Shown: positions 39,238 to 53,160 of the stretch, piece by piece
Layout: each line of letters starts with the position of its first letter
Numbering within the stretch: position 1 is the first letter of the stretch
Origin: Eledone cirrhosa
Taxonomy: Eukaryota
Reading direction: 5' to 3'
NCBI GenBank assembly: GCA_964016885.1
Contig: OZ024741.1
Coordinates: 382,602,001-382,666,000, forward strand
DNA: 64,000 bases
Notes under the pieces: generated by a model
The model's input: the letters and a program-made list of their open reading frames with translations, nothing else
Told to the model about the DNA's origin: nothing
Databases searched by the model: none
Position numbers and translations under genes: made by a program

Positions 39238-39242
<5 letters not shown>
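37458..39242. repeat. ~1.8-kb spacer-less palindrome (arms ~890 bp), probably PLE pLTR-derived
   Basis: The centre is GGAAATATATATGTATATATACATATATATTTCC at ~38342-38375. Mirror ORFs 37879..38076(-) and 38641..38838(+) differ by one residue. Confidence 0.92.
39135..39192 (+). ncRNA. Hammerhead-like motif at the palindrome end (mirror at 37508-37565, minus strand)
   Basis: CTGACGA-AGG-C-ATACCATATT-TTT-AATATGGTAT-C-CCT-GAA-ATATGT-A. Strong stem II; stem I degenerate. Confidence 0.6.
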
Positions 39243-39296
<54 letters not shown>

Positions 39297-39387
39297 TGTA
39301 TGTAAAAGGTAAACAGAAATAACAACAAAATCGGTATGTGTATGGAAGAAATATATTAGGTTGACGCTTGAAATAACAGGAAGAGTG

Positions 39388-39423
39388 TCCTAACGTTTCG
39401 GACTCTAGTCCTTCATCAGAAGT
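39388..39423 (-). ncRNA. Canonical minimal PLE-type hammerhead motif
   Basis: CTT-CTGATGA-A-GGAC-TAGA-GTCC-GAA-ACGT-T-AGG: complete core, 4-bp stem II and palindromic ACGT helix III. Confidence 0.75.
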
Positions 39424-40055
39424 AAGAATGAGAAATAAGATATATTGAATGGACAAGGGCGGGTGTAATTGGAAAAATATATCTTTAGATAAAAATAACA
39501 GGTCCATTCATGTTGACATCTATTCAGCATCTTTCTTAATATTATCACACACACACACACACACACACATACACACTCACTCACATACACACTCACTCAC
39601 ATACACACACATATATATATATTTATATATAAATAGATAGATAGATAGATAGATACAATATGTAGAAATGGTAACACACTAGAGAGAGCGTGTGCCATTA
39701 ATAAAACAGGTGCGTATGGTCATTTTAATTTATATTTTTTTAATTATTGAATGTCTACCCTGCCTTCCATAGGTTATAGATTCCATACACTGGTAGTTTC
39801 CCTGTTTTATTGATGGTACTCGCTCTCTCTCTCTCTAGTATGTTACCCTTGCTACATATTTTATTTTAAAGAGCTCAGGATTCCTTTTCCTTTGAGCACA
39901 TAATTTACAGGGAATAATATGAGTCTATGGCTCCGTTAATATACATATATATGTTTTTAATCGATCGACTTTCGTAAAATCAGACTGAGGAAACAATGTT
40001 TTCGTCGGTCTTTCCAGTTGCTAATACTATCTATCGGTCGCAACTCTAGGTAGAA

Positions 40056-40174
40056 GGAGCAACGTGAAATAAAGTGTCTTGATCAAGGACATAACGCATC
40101 GCCCGGTCCAGTAATCGAACTCATAATCTCAAGATTGTGAGTCCAATTCTCTAACCGCTCAGCCACATGCCTCC
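40056..40174 (-). mobile_element. tRNA-derived SINE 5' part (second family, V-domain-like)
   Basis: The minus strand reads TGGCTGAGCGG (A box)...GAGTTCGATTAC (B box)...TGTCCTTGATCAAGACACTT. Confidence 0.65.
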
Positions 40175-40198
40175 ACTATCTCTCTCTCTCTCTCTCTT

Positions 40199-40293
<95 letters not shown>

Positions 40294-40329
40294 AATGTAA
40301 TTTTCTACACAAAACGAAGGTTATAGAGA

Positions 40330-40556
40330 AAATTGAGGTTGGTAATGGCACATGGAATATATAAGAGACAGAATACTTTTTTGTGAAAAAACATATAATT
40401 TTATAAGGTAAGGAAATAATAAAGGGTATAAAAAATGACCGGTTTCGATGGGTCTGCAAAAGCCATCTTTTCAAATGTTGATTAATGTATGTATTGTGTG
40501 TGCGTGTGTGTGTGTGTGTGTGTATGTATGTGTGTATCTGGATGTATGCGTATGTG

Positions 40557-40589
<33 letters not shown>

Positions 40590-40641
40590 ATGTTTGTATG
40601 TGTGTATGTACATATATGTGTGTGTGTGTATGTATGTGTGG

Positions 40642-40697
<56 letters not shown>

Positions 40698-40862
40698 ATA
40701 TATATATATGTGTGTGTGTGTGTATGTATGTGTGTATCTGGATGTATATGTATGTATATATATGTGTGTGTGTGTATATATATATATATGTGTGTGTATG
40801 TGTATATATGTGTGTGTGTGTATGTGTGTATGTATATGTATGTGTGTGTGTATGTATGTGTG

Positions 40863-40915
<53 letters not shown>

Positions 40916-41424
40916 ATGTATATGTATATGTATGTATGTGTGGATGAAGGTATGTGTGTATATATAGGTGTAAGTGCACTAAATCCCTTTCTATCACGCT
41001 CCACTCTCCTACCGACCACAGGAAGATATATGTATGTATATTGCTTCCACCCCCTCACTGACCAGCAGCTGGCCAGCTGGCCATTGCTAAATCTGACCTT
41101 TATAAAATAACCCACACCCCAAATAACTTCTCATTCACTACCAGAAAGGAACACAGCAGTCAACTTGTTGCTACCTAGATGAAAACTACTATGAAATCCC
41201 ACAATGAATTTTATGCTTGAATTTTCAAATCTCAAATATTAACTCTTCGTATTATTAATTTTTCTTAATATTAAATAACATTTGAAAAGATGGCTTTTGC
41301 AGACACATCGAAACCGGTCATTTTTTATACTCTTTATTATTTCCTTACCTTATAAAATTATATGTTTTTTCACAAAAAAGTATTCTGTCTCTTATATATT
41401 CCATGTGCCATTACCAACCTCAAT

Positions 41425-41425
<1 letters not shown>
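40330..41425. mobile_element. Fold-back with ~150-bp arms (40330-40480 / 41275-41425) carrying a degenerate hammerhead
   Basis: TTGAAAA-GATGG...CCATC-GAA-ACCGGT-C-ATT in both arms (the 41278 copy has one stem II mismatch). The spacer is mostly (TG/TA)n. Confidence 0.7.
40484..40966. repeat. Compound (TG)n/(TA)n microsatellite block
   Basis: Read directly. It is the source of the spurious CV/YI/HT ORFs. Confidence 0.95.
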
Positions 41426-41495
<70 letters not shown>

Positions 41496-42922
41496 CTGAC
41501 CAGAAGACATTTATGGAGAATTGTTGCAAGGATTAATAGCATCATCTGCCTGTGACCTTATACGATTTTGAACAAATATTTGACATCATCTAACGTACAC
41601 GTTTCTTAATAAAATCACGAATGATATCCAACATATATCATTCTCCCCACGTTTTTGCTAGAGTTCCAGTTCTTATAGGAAATGTTATTTTTTTTTTTTT
41701 TAATATTATAATTTTTTATCGAATTATTCATCTACACAAGAGGTGAGGCCAATATTGCACGATCTGTTACACAGCCATCAGCGCTATGACAGTGGGATTT
41801 GGTTATAATATATATGTGTGTGGAAAGTTGTGACCAGCAAATTTAAAATTATTGAAGAAACATTAAAGATTTCTTCACGATTTGTTCATTTATATGGTAG
41901 TAATAATCACATTTCTTTATTGTTGATGATATACATTTAGATTAAATGTTGAATTGAATGAGTTGATACGCTTGGTTCACTCTTGACTGACGTGCACGTA
42001 AACCTACGCATATGCGCTTGTGACAGCAGTCATATGGATGTTTACTATTTGTGATGGATTGACAGAAGCTATAGTGCGTTCAGTAAAGTACAATTGCGTT
42101 CTTTATCCTCGCTTTTCCACTCTAATTTCAAATATATCCAAAGTTAATTTGCCTTTCGAGGTTGATAATCTAATGTGCCCTATTACTGGGATTCATTTAA
42201 ATTGGTCTTGTGCCTAAATTAGAAATATTTATTGTAGAGTAACAATAGGTTTGTGGGATATCCAGAGCTACTTAATGTTTCGCTTCTATAAATAAGCAAA
42301 CTAATCAAAATAAAAAAAAGACGTAACATGAGGAGTTGGTACAATTTGCATGCATTGCTATTGACAATCCAATGGTACGATCTCAATAAATAGATTATAC
42401 CTAGAGAGTAATTGCCTGAGGTCAATTATGTGTTATTCTTGTTATAGTGATTCCAGAACAATTCGTTAAGTGGTAGTGATTGAAAATAATAGATATGATA
42501 CTTGATAACATGATATACAACTTTGAAAACAAGTGTACCGTAAATAGAAAAAAAAAACTAGCTCATTTAATTGATTTTATTAAAAAATGTTTCTTATATC
42601 GGAAAACAGGCACTCCATTTATATCAAGGTCCTGCCTACGTTGATAACACACTTTTTTTTTATTTACATTCATAACGAAACATGAAGCACAAATCAGACA
42701 CTGTGCAGTTTCAGCTACCAATGGTTTTCCGCATATGACGATTGAAATAACCATTATAGGCAGGGAATTGCCACGAAATGGAATTCCGTACAAGTGATAG
42801 ATCAGTGTGAACAATGCGTGATTGATGCCGTCAAACTCACTAACTAACAATGTTCGCTCTGCAATGCAACGACCAACTTCCAACTGCACACTAGTTATTG
42901 CATGAAGCTGTGAGCTATGGCC

Positions 42923-43073
<151 letters not shown>

Positions 43074-43250
43074 CATATATATATATATACATATATATAT
43101 ATACACATATAAACATATAATACATGTATGTGTGTGTGTATATATATATATGTGTGTATATATATATATATGGGATAACAAAATATCCTTATAGGTAATC
43201 CAATCAGAGGTTGTGAATACTTCTTATTATGGATATTTTTAGCCTATGGC

Positions 43251-43335
<85 letters not shown>

Positions 43336-44189
43336 GAGAGAGAGAGGGAGAGAGAGATTACAGTATATAGAGAAGAAAATACAAAAAGGGGTAGGTTTCC
43401 AGTTACAAAGGGGTAAAAGACACTATATTGAAGAATATGCGATCTACGAAAAGTGTGGGAAATACGTAATAATCAAAAGGTAAAATTAAAATGTAAAAAC
43501 ACGACTAAAGAGAGTTCAGACAACTGAATTAAAGTACATGGTAAGAGAAAATGAACACATGTGCTCTAGACAGTATATAGTGTGTTGAATAGATCAAGAA
43601 AGCGCTAGAAATGGCAGCCTATAATAATTCAGCATAGAAAGCTCAACTAACGAAGAAATTAGGAGCATGAATATTAAATAAATAAACAAGGTAAAAACTC
43701 GCGTCAATCCTCTGTAATTTTATGAGCTCAAGGGAAAAATTTCGGGGCTCTTCATAATATACAGACGAAAACACAAAAAAGGGGTACGTTTTCATTTACA
43801 AGGGGTATAGAACCATTAACTTTACAGAGGATTAACGCAAGTCTTTATTTCTGTGTATTCATTTGATATTTGTGCTTTTAATTAATCCTCCAGTCACTCT
43901 ACCATTTAGGACAGTCCCACGGACAGCTCCTTTTACTTCTATTAATAGGGGTACTATTACTACCACACCTCCCCGTCGTCTCCTACTGCTTCACCCACGC
44001 CATCTTAGTGTTTCCCTTTCTTCTTTTCCATAACCCTATTATTACTACCACACCTCAATTGTGCGCGGATGAATGTATATTTATCTTGATGTGTAATAGT
44101 ATTCATATGTATATTCCATCCACTAACTTATATGATAATCCCACCGATCTTTTTACTATCTCCCTATACAGCCACCACCCACCCTAGGT

Positions 44190-44500
44190 CTATCTTCCTA
44201 CTCAGCGCCATAGGCACTGAGCTGGCCAGTCGCAGATATGAGCCTCGCGAGTTGGAATGGTTGTTCCAGCGCGTCTCCCTTGCCGTCCTCCGCGGAAACG
44301 CCTTCTCCATTCTGTCCGCCGGGACTGTGGGGAAGCCATCAATATGATTGACTGACTTGTCATTTAATCAGTCAACGCAGAAATCCCTGCCCACTTTAAG
44401 CACATGTATTGTGTGTTTGATATTTTCGCAAACTATATTTGTTTAAAACTTGTACTGTAACACACACATATTCAACTGTATTTTGTTTTTAAACAAAACT
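44190..44500 (+). mobile_element. 3' end of a CRE-clade RLE retrotransposon running into (TA)n
   Basis: WLFQRVSLAVLRGNAFSIL matches the recalled CRE C-terminal FQRxSxAxxRGNA motif, followed by a ~150-nt 3'UTR. Confidence 0.65.
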
Positions 44501-44551
44501 ATATATATATATATATATATATGTATATAATGTAGAAAAGGCTTCTACAGG

Positions 44552-44588
44552 ACTATAACTGTTTCATTCGGGATTATTCATCAGGCGG
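44552..44588 (-). ncRNA. Degenerate hammerhead-like motif
   Basis: CTGATGA-ATAATCCCGAAT-GAAACAGTTA on the minus strand. Its downstream sequence resembles the arms at 56887-57024. Confidence 0.4.
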
Positions 44589-44669
44589 TTTGTTTTGACA
44601 TTTATTTCATGTTGTTCACTCCACTCAGCTGGCAAAACTGAGTTGTACCTGTAATTCGAATATATATAT

Positions 44670-44873
44670 AACGAAGGATTTGCGGTAAGGAACCAGATGG
44701 ACCATAACGCACCAGAGTACTCAATACTTAGAGTAGTAGAGTGGGTAACAGGAAAAGGTATGACCCCCGACGGCAGAGATCAAGCCGTTACGACGGCTAT
44801 TTCTTTCCAGACGGCTATTTCTTTCCAGAAATAGCCGTCGAAACGGCTTGAGCTCCGCCGTCGGGTCATACAT

Positions 44874-44879
<6 letters not shown>
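44670..44879. mobile_element. Mini fold-back element (GCCGTCGAAACGGC family)
   Basis: Long arm plus short arm, with a tandem duplication GACGGCTATTTCTTTCCA at the hairpin centre and (TA)n flanks. Confidence 0.8.
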
Positions 44880-44926
<47 letters not shown>

Positions 44927-44931
<5 letters not shown>

Positions 44932-44974
44932 ACGAGTTTGGAAATCATCAGGAGTTAAACTCAATTGGACAAAG

Positions 44975-45036
<62 letters not shown>

Positions 45037-45134
45037 CTTTGTCCAATTGAGTTTATCTCCTGATGATTTACAAACTTGTTGATTTATCCAAGATCGGATA
45101 TATCCAAAAAGTGAATGAAACCTTCGGAGGTAAA
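44927..45134. repeat. Inverted repeat (~50-bp arms) around (TA)n, extending into a hammerhead-like motif (45052-45134, +)
   Basis: ATCAACGAGTTTGGAAATCATCAGGAG...AAAGATT / AATCTTT...CTCCTGATGATTTACAAACTTGTTGAT, then GAAACCTTC-GGAGGTAAA, complementary to TTTATCTCC. Confidence 0.6.
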
Positions 45135-45431
45135 GATAGATTTTGATGATTTTGGTATGTTTATGTACATTTTTTCTTCTAACTTTGTGTTTGTACCTAA
45201 TTATGTATGGTTAACTATATATCTAGTCAATTTCTACAGGCTATCAGAAATACTAGGTACATTTTCTGTGGCTGTGAATCGCGGATAAAAAGCTATCATT
45301 TATTTATCTATAAAAATATTCATAAGTATATTGTAAACTTATCGACTCGTTTAAATGATTTTTTGTGTGGTTGATTAAGCTGATTTGGAGAAGAAATACT
45401 GTATATATATGTTATCTAATGATTCTATAGA

Positions 45432-45491
<60 letters not shown>

Positions 45492-48400
45492 GATAGATAG
45501 GCATAGATATAGATGCACCCATCAGATTCACACCTATGCATACATTGCAATCATTCAGAAACGTATACAATATAAACAATATATGTGAATTTTAGAATGA
45601 ATTATTCAATAGTAATATTAAGGCTAATACTACGTAAAATCATATATTAAACGTCAGACTGATTATCACATATTCGAAAAAGCAATTCGCCAGTCAATTC
45701 AAATACGCCGAAACTATGATGTTGGTACATTCAAATTCTAATGCATAATTCCAAGATGAAATTTATTTTTCCGAAAATAAATGACATTTATTGCGTTCTC
45801 TACTGATTTGCAACATTTTGATGGAATTTATTTGCATAAATATTCTTTAATAAAACATGAAATGCGACTTCATATTTGATTCACACAATCAGAATATTCT
45901 CTTTATTTCCTGTTTAAACTTCTATTATTCAGGCATAATACCAAACTTCAGTAACAGAGATTTGATCCGCAGTTTTAATTGCAACGAACTACCTCAGATT
46001 GAATACTTTTGAGCACGAACGTGTATGTGAGAATATATATATATGTATGTGTTTGAATGTGTGTACGTTTCCTTGCATTTATATTTGACTGAGCGCAGAT
46101 CTCTGTAAAATTGGAAATAAAAAGCTAGTTCATGCGATGACCCATATACACGTACCTATTCACACGTACACAGGCGTGTATACGTGTATAAATAGTCGGA
46201 TCGATTATTGATTTGTGATCCGAGACGTTAGATCCAGTGTGATTCTTGCTCCTTAAAGTGCCGACGAGATGGCTGGTGTAAATAAATTGAACAAAATCAC
46301 ACATACACAGTGACGAGCGATTCTTAGGTTTATATCGTGTCCACCATCAACTGACCGACAGACAACAAGCAGCCAGATTACTATCACCATGCCTGCCATA
46401 GACCCCACTATCACAGACAAAACGTAACGACTTGACACTCACGCACGCACACGCACCCGTTAGAGTATTTCAGTTGTACGCACACGGTAAACAGAGAAGG
46501 CCACGTGTTGTCCTTCTCCGACACAACCTTTTCCCCCCGGAAAACCCCTAGCTGATGGATGTGAAATCCGAAATATAGGGACTTTTAAATCACTTCCAAG
46601 GTAACACTATTTGTATTTAATTAAGAAAACATTATTTTTTTACACTTCACCTACGTTCTGTTAAACTCTCTACGTCTCTTTCTACGCATATTCTTACATC
46701 TGTCTCTCTCTCTCATTAACACCTGGTTCTGTTACCCGGAGATTCACTCATCTGCATTGTTGAGGTTTCATTATTCCACAGCGCCTCAAGCAAACTTCAA
46801 CACTCTCATATATATATAGTTATATATAAATATATATATATATATTTCAATCATATCCTATTTCAATCATATCTTATTTTGTTTGACCCGATTAGCTTGT
46901 TCGCCCTTTTGGCTCAGGTGGTTAATGGCTTCTTAACCATCGCCTCAGTTTGTATGACCTCTTTAACTTACGCTTATAGCTCTGGTATCTTCATATCCAT
47001 TTAGCGCTCGTCTACACAATACGGAAGTTGCGTTTCGCTAATTTCTAAATGCGATTCTCGCTAAATTTATATTTGTATATATATATATATTTATATATAT
47101 ATTATAAGGAAAATCTCAAAACTGATTCATGTTTACTAATATTTCAACTCTTCCATATATCTACTAGTGTCTCTTATATTTGAGGCAATACTTCAATATT
47201 TTCTAGTTGAAGGAAGGTAATAATAATGTAATAATAATTTTGTGTTTTTGTTATTCAATTTTGTTTACTCCGTTGCAATCTGTTATCTAGGTAATTGGTT
47301 TGGAGGTAAATTCCTCTCCCCTCTCCTTCCTTTACAGAAATCTATTGAAACCTAAAAGAATTTCCGGGGAACCACACTTTTCGTCCGTCCCTTACAGAAC
47401 AGTAAAAGCAAACCTGAGTATTTACATCAGAAAAAGGCTGAACATATTCCTGAGCTCGTCAGTGATTAGAGAAATCAATATTTAATTTATTTTTATCTTA
47501 CATATATTTGAACAATGATGTTTGTATCAAGATATTTACTAAACAGGAAAGTTATTTTGCAGAAAAGAACCATTCACAGTACATATTTCACTTCAGTTAG
47601 CAAATTTACGAACATCAAAATTTTCATTTGTTCAGTGGGGAATCATCTCATTAGTCGCTTTTCTCTACTTCATGACGTTGGCTACTTGTTTGAAGAGTCT
47701 GAAAAACAACCATCAACAAGGTTATTGATTTCATATTGAGTGCGGCCAATGTTGCTAACATTTGTTGATAAATGTTTTACTAAACAGTAATTATGTACGC
47801 TCTATATAACGCACTGTCGCATTTGTTCAACTCTAGTAAACAATGTTTGTAGCCTTTAATTTAAATTTCATGTTAGTAATTTTCTCTCCGGATTACTTTT
47901 AGATAAACTGTTAGAAAAGGTAGTAAATAGCTGTTCTGGTGAATGGCAAATTTATATAAAACATTTACTATTTTAAAATTCATTATTGTTGTAGACCTAA
48001 TTTTCTCAACATCTAAATGTATATTCATGAGATCTGTTATTCCCTACTTAATCAAACAAATAAATTCAAAATAAATAATTAACAATGCCTTTTTTTGTCA
48101 ATGAAGGTTTTGTATGTCAAGTGTATCCTAAAGTGTATCCTAAAACATAAAAAAATATTGTCGTATATGTTATATATACATAGTGTGAGTTGTATGCCAC
48201 AAATAAATCTTTGTTTAAGGCAAGCAATTCCAGAAGAGCCAGAAAAGTTACAAAAAGTATGAAATATTTGTAAGAAATATTGACATCAATAATGTCAGCA
48301 GTCACGATTGTAACAATAAATTCAATGTTTACAAAGAATGACAGACTATTGGTTATTCACCTTCAGCATACTGTGCTTTCAAGTATTATAGTTTGTATTA

Positions 48401-48545
48401 CAAACCCCAGTACTTGTGTCAGTCAGATATATATTTTAACGATCTTTAATTTCGGGACATACAGAGACACCTAAGTATAAACACATATGCATGGACAATA
48501 CGCGAACCCCAGCCCCACCCCATATATATATATATATATATATAT

Positions 48546-48746
48546 CTAAGGCGGATAAAATTCCCGAGATCCATGGACGAGTTCTCTACAGCGGTCTCTG
48601 CCCCTCATTATCGCTGCCATCTCCTGAGTCTCCAACAGACCAGTGTCTGTCCTTAGGGCATCTACATACGTTAACCTTGGTCTTCCTCTTCCAGTGTGTC
48701 CATGTAGGGGCTCCCATAGGAGCCCTGAGTGCAATGTCAACTCTGG

Positions 48747-48748
<2 letters not shown>
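48546..48748 (-). mobile_element. RTE-like LINE extreme 3' fragment between (TA)n tracts
   Basis: LLWEPLHGHTGRGRPRLTYVDALRTD...RDR resembles the RTE-type C-terminal RGRP motif. Confidence 0.6.
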
Positions 48749-48818
<70 letters not shown>

Positions 48819-49044
48819 GTAATAATAATAAATTTGAAGATCCCATTAAGGGTGAAAGCAGCGATTCTTTGCTTAAACTTTAATATATATATATATATAT
48901 ATATAGCGGCGATGAATTAGTTTTGCGAGGTTTTTTATATGAAATCGATATAAAAGACAGCGAGAAGCGAAAACCAACCAAACAGTGAGTGTGTTCTGTT
49001 ATTAATTCTGGCAATATTACACGAATATGACCCTCCCCAAGTAT

Positions 49045-49137
<93 letters not shown>

Positions 49138-49319
49138 CAAATATTTAGAATTTCAAGTGATATATATACATATATACATATATATTACTTGACATAATTA
49201 TTTAATTATAAAATAGAAACCACCTTGAACTAAATGACATAAGACCGTGTTAAAATGATTGATTTGCGATATTCATCCGAATGTTTCCCTCAGCTAGAAT
49301 CTACTAGAGAAACTGTCAG

Positions 49320-49560
49320 TTATTAGGTTTGGATGCCTTTAGAAATATTTTGGGTTTGAGCTATTTTAGGAGACGGATTGTTCAGGGTTTCTCACATGAA
49401 GGAAATAATGTAATTATAAAGAGAGACATGCTGAGGTTGAAAACTTGAATATACATAAGGAGGGTGCAGGATTGATAGAAGTTTACCCGGAGGAAATAGA
49501 CAGGAGGTTGACAATTCCACAGCACGGAGTGATATTTATATATAAAGAAAGAATAGAAAA
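49320..49560 (-). mobile_element. Possible decayed CR1/Jockey-group LINE 3' fragment
   Basis: The minus strand gives SFFI...VLWNCQPPVYFLR, loosely like the SFF...LWNxLP..FP terminal motif. Weak. Confidence 0.25.
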
Positions 49561-50735
49561 GAAAACTATAGAAAGGAAATGTGACATAAGAGGAATAATA
49601 TATAGAGAATGAGGTGGTGAGACCACATGATAAACGGATAAAATTACATTAACACAGAGGTTATATATAAAGTGAATAAAACAATATTATTATAGTTTAC
49701 CATTGGTGGTTTCGCATAAACGATTTATTAATGTCATGATCATTTGGCAAGTGCGTAACATGTATGATAATGTAGAGTTACTTTTCTAATGTGCATCAGT
49801 TTGCTTAAAATCATTTTCCCTTTTTTAAAGCAATCCTTATATTTCATTTTCTCATTGCCCGACTGATATATTTTGTTAGTATTAGCGCTGCGTTTCCAGG
49901 TCCATGAGCTCCACTTATCAAAGTGTGTTGGAAGCTATAAAAAGGATTTTCCGTAGTCAATGCAAGCTCTTCAAATTTGTATTTTATTTTATTTACAACA
50001 TTTCAACAGCATTTGCTCCCTTTCAGCACATATATTAGTAGTATTAGTTTTATTATTATAATGCAGCTCATGAAAACTGGACAGCAGAATAACTATATTA
50101 AAGGATAAGATATGTCTATGCCGACTTTTATACAAGCAACAAATCATTCTGACATTAGCTTTGCATGTCATTCGCTTAAATCGATTATATGATTATCAGT
50201 CAATCACTGATTTCAATTCAATCGTCTACATGAACAAACATGTTTTAGCATCGGCCAACTGTGTTGATTATAAATTTAGAATGGCTTTCTGTAAACAATT
50301 CTAGAGGAGGATTTCTGATGTGAACAATGCTATAGAAACTAAAAGTTCTTGACAGAAAGACATTATATATTTGGCTATAATACGAAACAGCTGAAAAACA
50401 TATCCTATGTTGAAAACAATGTTACACGAAATGCAAATGCAAGTATTAATTTTCCGCAAACATTTATTTATTTCTGTAATGGGAATTCTCCTTCGAAATA
50501 CTTCATTTTATATATTATATAACGTAATTTTTAAATATAATGTTTGAATGTAGGTTGAAAAGTGGTTTGCCTTTCTTTTTCATTATAAAGTAATTTAATC
50601 CAATTTAAACAAATACTTTTTATTTTTAAAATCGTAATGCATATACACAACCAAACTCTCAAACACTCAAATGCAAACACGCACGCACAAACACACACAC
50701 ACGCACGCACACACGCACACACACACACGCGTACG

Positions 50736-50774
<39 letters not shown>

Positions 50775-51317
50775 ACACACACACACGCATACACACACAC
50801 ACACAAAACCCACACACACCAACACACACACACACTCAGCAAAGACAGAAATACGCAATCACACAAACAGACACACACATACTCGTACATGTATACCCAG
50901 ATATCTTAATAGACACATTGAACATGAATAATATAAGTTCTTTTGTATTACCGATACGTTGGTATGTTAATGCATATGAACATACTTTATGAAAGTTTCT
51001 ATGCATTAAGTGTTCCTATGCATTAGCTTACTATTCATTAGTTTAAAAAGATATCCATGTTTTGTTCCGAAATCCTACGAATAAATTAATCACGAAATTA
51101 CACAAATTCATTCCTTGTTCAATTTATTCCAAATGGTACTTTTAAAACTTTGACAAGTTATTATAATCAAATTGACAGCCGTTTGAAAATGAATTAAGTT
51201 GATATCCTGTGGTTAGTAACAGTGTTATTAAGACAAAAGAGTAAGTGGGAGAACCAGACAAGTCCCACTAGTTCTCACTATTTGATAACCAACTTTCATT
51301 ATTGTCAAGAAGAGAGT

Positions 51318-51478
51318 TGGACGCCATGCTTTGATGCATAGAGTTACGGCCCTTGCCATTCTGAGTTCAAATCCCGCCTAGGTTAACTTTGCCTTTCATC
51401 CTTACGGGGTCGATAAAATAAAGTACCAGTAATGCACTGGGTAATTGCTAGCTTTGTGCCAAAAGTAGAAACAATTAT
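51318..51478 (+). mobile_element. SINE copy (family of 1140)
   Basis: GGACGCCATGC...GAGTTCAAATCCCGCC...CTTTCATCCTTACGGGGTCGATAAAATAAAGTACCAG. Confidence 0.75.
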
Positions 51479-52456
51479 CGTCAGTACTGATGGTAGGTGT
51501 AATTTCACCATTGCTTCGGGTGATAATTTTAGAGTGAGCCGTATATAACATAGAAGACTCGACACCAAAACATCGATACGTAGTAACAGATGTAGTCATA
51601 TGTAGCATTACAAGGCTGTTATAGATTATATATTTTCTTACTTTCACAGTATTAAGTTAATAAGTGTTTCAATGTATGCTCAAACCTTATTTGTATATTC
51701 CATTTCATAAGGTTATTCAGTGAATACAATAGTACGGTAAAGAAAATGGTACAACAAACTGTTTTTACATATTCCTTTTTATGTCTATGTATTCACATAC
51801 TACCCTCTTATAGATTAAATTAACACCTTCGCAAGTAGATTGCATGACTGAATATGGGTTTTCATTCAAGGAACCACACAAATGTTCAATGTGCGTGTAC
51901 ACGCGTATATTTTGTTTCTCGTGTCATTAGATAGAATATAGCACGTGATTGTTTATAAGTTATTACAATAAAGTTGGTGAGTTTACCAGTTACGATGTAT
52001 ATGATCCAAAAGAAGAGACGCCATGTAGCCTACAACAACAGCAAATAGGAGGTATCTAACAAAATATACGGCCGATATTAGAAATGTTCGTTGCCCCCTC
52101 CTTTCCGTCCATTTTCTCATTCTATCACTCATACACATCTGTATACATACGTGCTTTCGCTCTAGGTGATATATTAATATATTTGTGTATAATAATTTTC
52201 CCTTTGAATCGAGATAGATAGAATAAATAAAGGAGTGAAACAAATGAGTTTTGAGAGTACCCTAAATATGGATTCCACAGAGAAATGTGTTACATTCATG
52301 ATTATTATGCCATCCATTGTTATAATGCGCCCTTTCCAAATATTTCCTTTATACAATGATACCTTATCAAATATCTGAATGGATCTCATATCCATGCAGG
52401 CACGAACACAAGCACTATAACGTACGCGCACACCCACACTCACATATACACACACA

Positions 52457-52521
<65 letters not shown>

Positions 52522-52614
52522 CTGTTATTTAAATAAATATTTGCACTACGGTTCTTATATATTTAATATATATTTATCCTTATCGAGCCCCCTTTGGATT
52601 TTAGTCTGCAAATT

Positions 52615-53160
52615 TATTATTATTACTATTATCATTATTACTGTTATTATTGTTCTTTGGGTCTCAGTCATTGATGTTATTTAACTGGAAAGTTTGTTGA
52701 AATGAATATCAATCCGCTACCTGCAGCCTCAGATATTCAGGACGTATCGGAGGGTTCTTGCTGTTCCCGGCAAGCATGCCTTTTGAAGCGTTCCAAAAAG
52801 CGGGGCAGGACCAATTTTCTTTAACCATCCTTGGAAACTCTTTGAGATAGTACCTAGTGCGCCTATGACAATCGGGACCACTTTGACCTCATGGCAGTTC
52901 CAAATCCTTTTTACCTCCCACTTTAAGTCCTGGTATCGGTTAATTTTCTCCCTCTCCTTCTCTTGCACTCTCGTGTCGAATGGGCAGGCTACATCCATAA
53001 TCAGGCACGATCTTTTTCCCTTGTCCAAAACCACCAGGTTAGGTCTACTGTGTTCCAGTGTCTTGTCTCTCTGTATCCTAAAATCCCACAGCACCTTCAC
53101 CTGATCGTTTTCCATCACCGACTCTGGTTTATGCTCATACCACTTTTCAGAATGTGGTAA
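52615..53160 (-). mobile_element. Short 5'-truncated Dong-like copy (RLE end) with degenerate (AAT)n tail
   Basis: ORF 52729..53118 ends ARTLRYVLNI, with the same 3'UTR as the 10.8-15.3 kb copies. Confidence 0.88.

Noticed and set aside
40448-41115. YI/CV/HT-rich ORFs here and at other microsatellites
   Set aside because: They are translations of (TA)n/(TG)n/(CA)n tracts.
45200-52400. Host gene or promoter in the repeat-poorer stretch
   Set aside because: Only short ORFs without motifs were seen. Small exons cannot be ruled out by eye.
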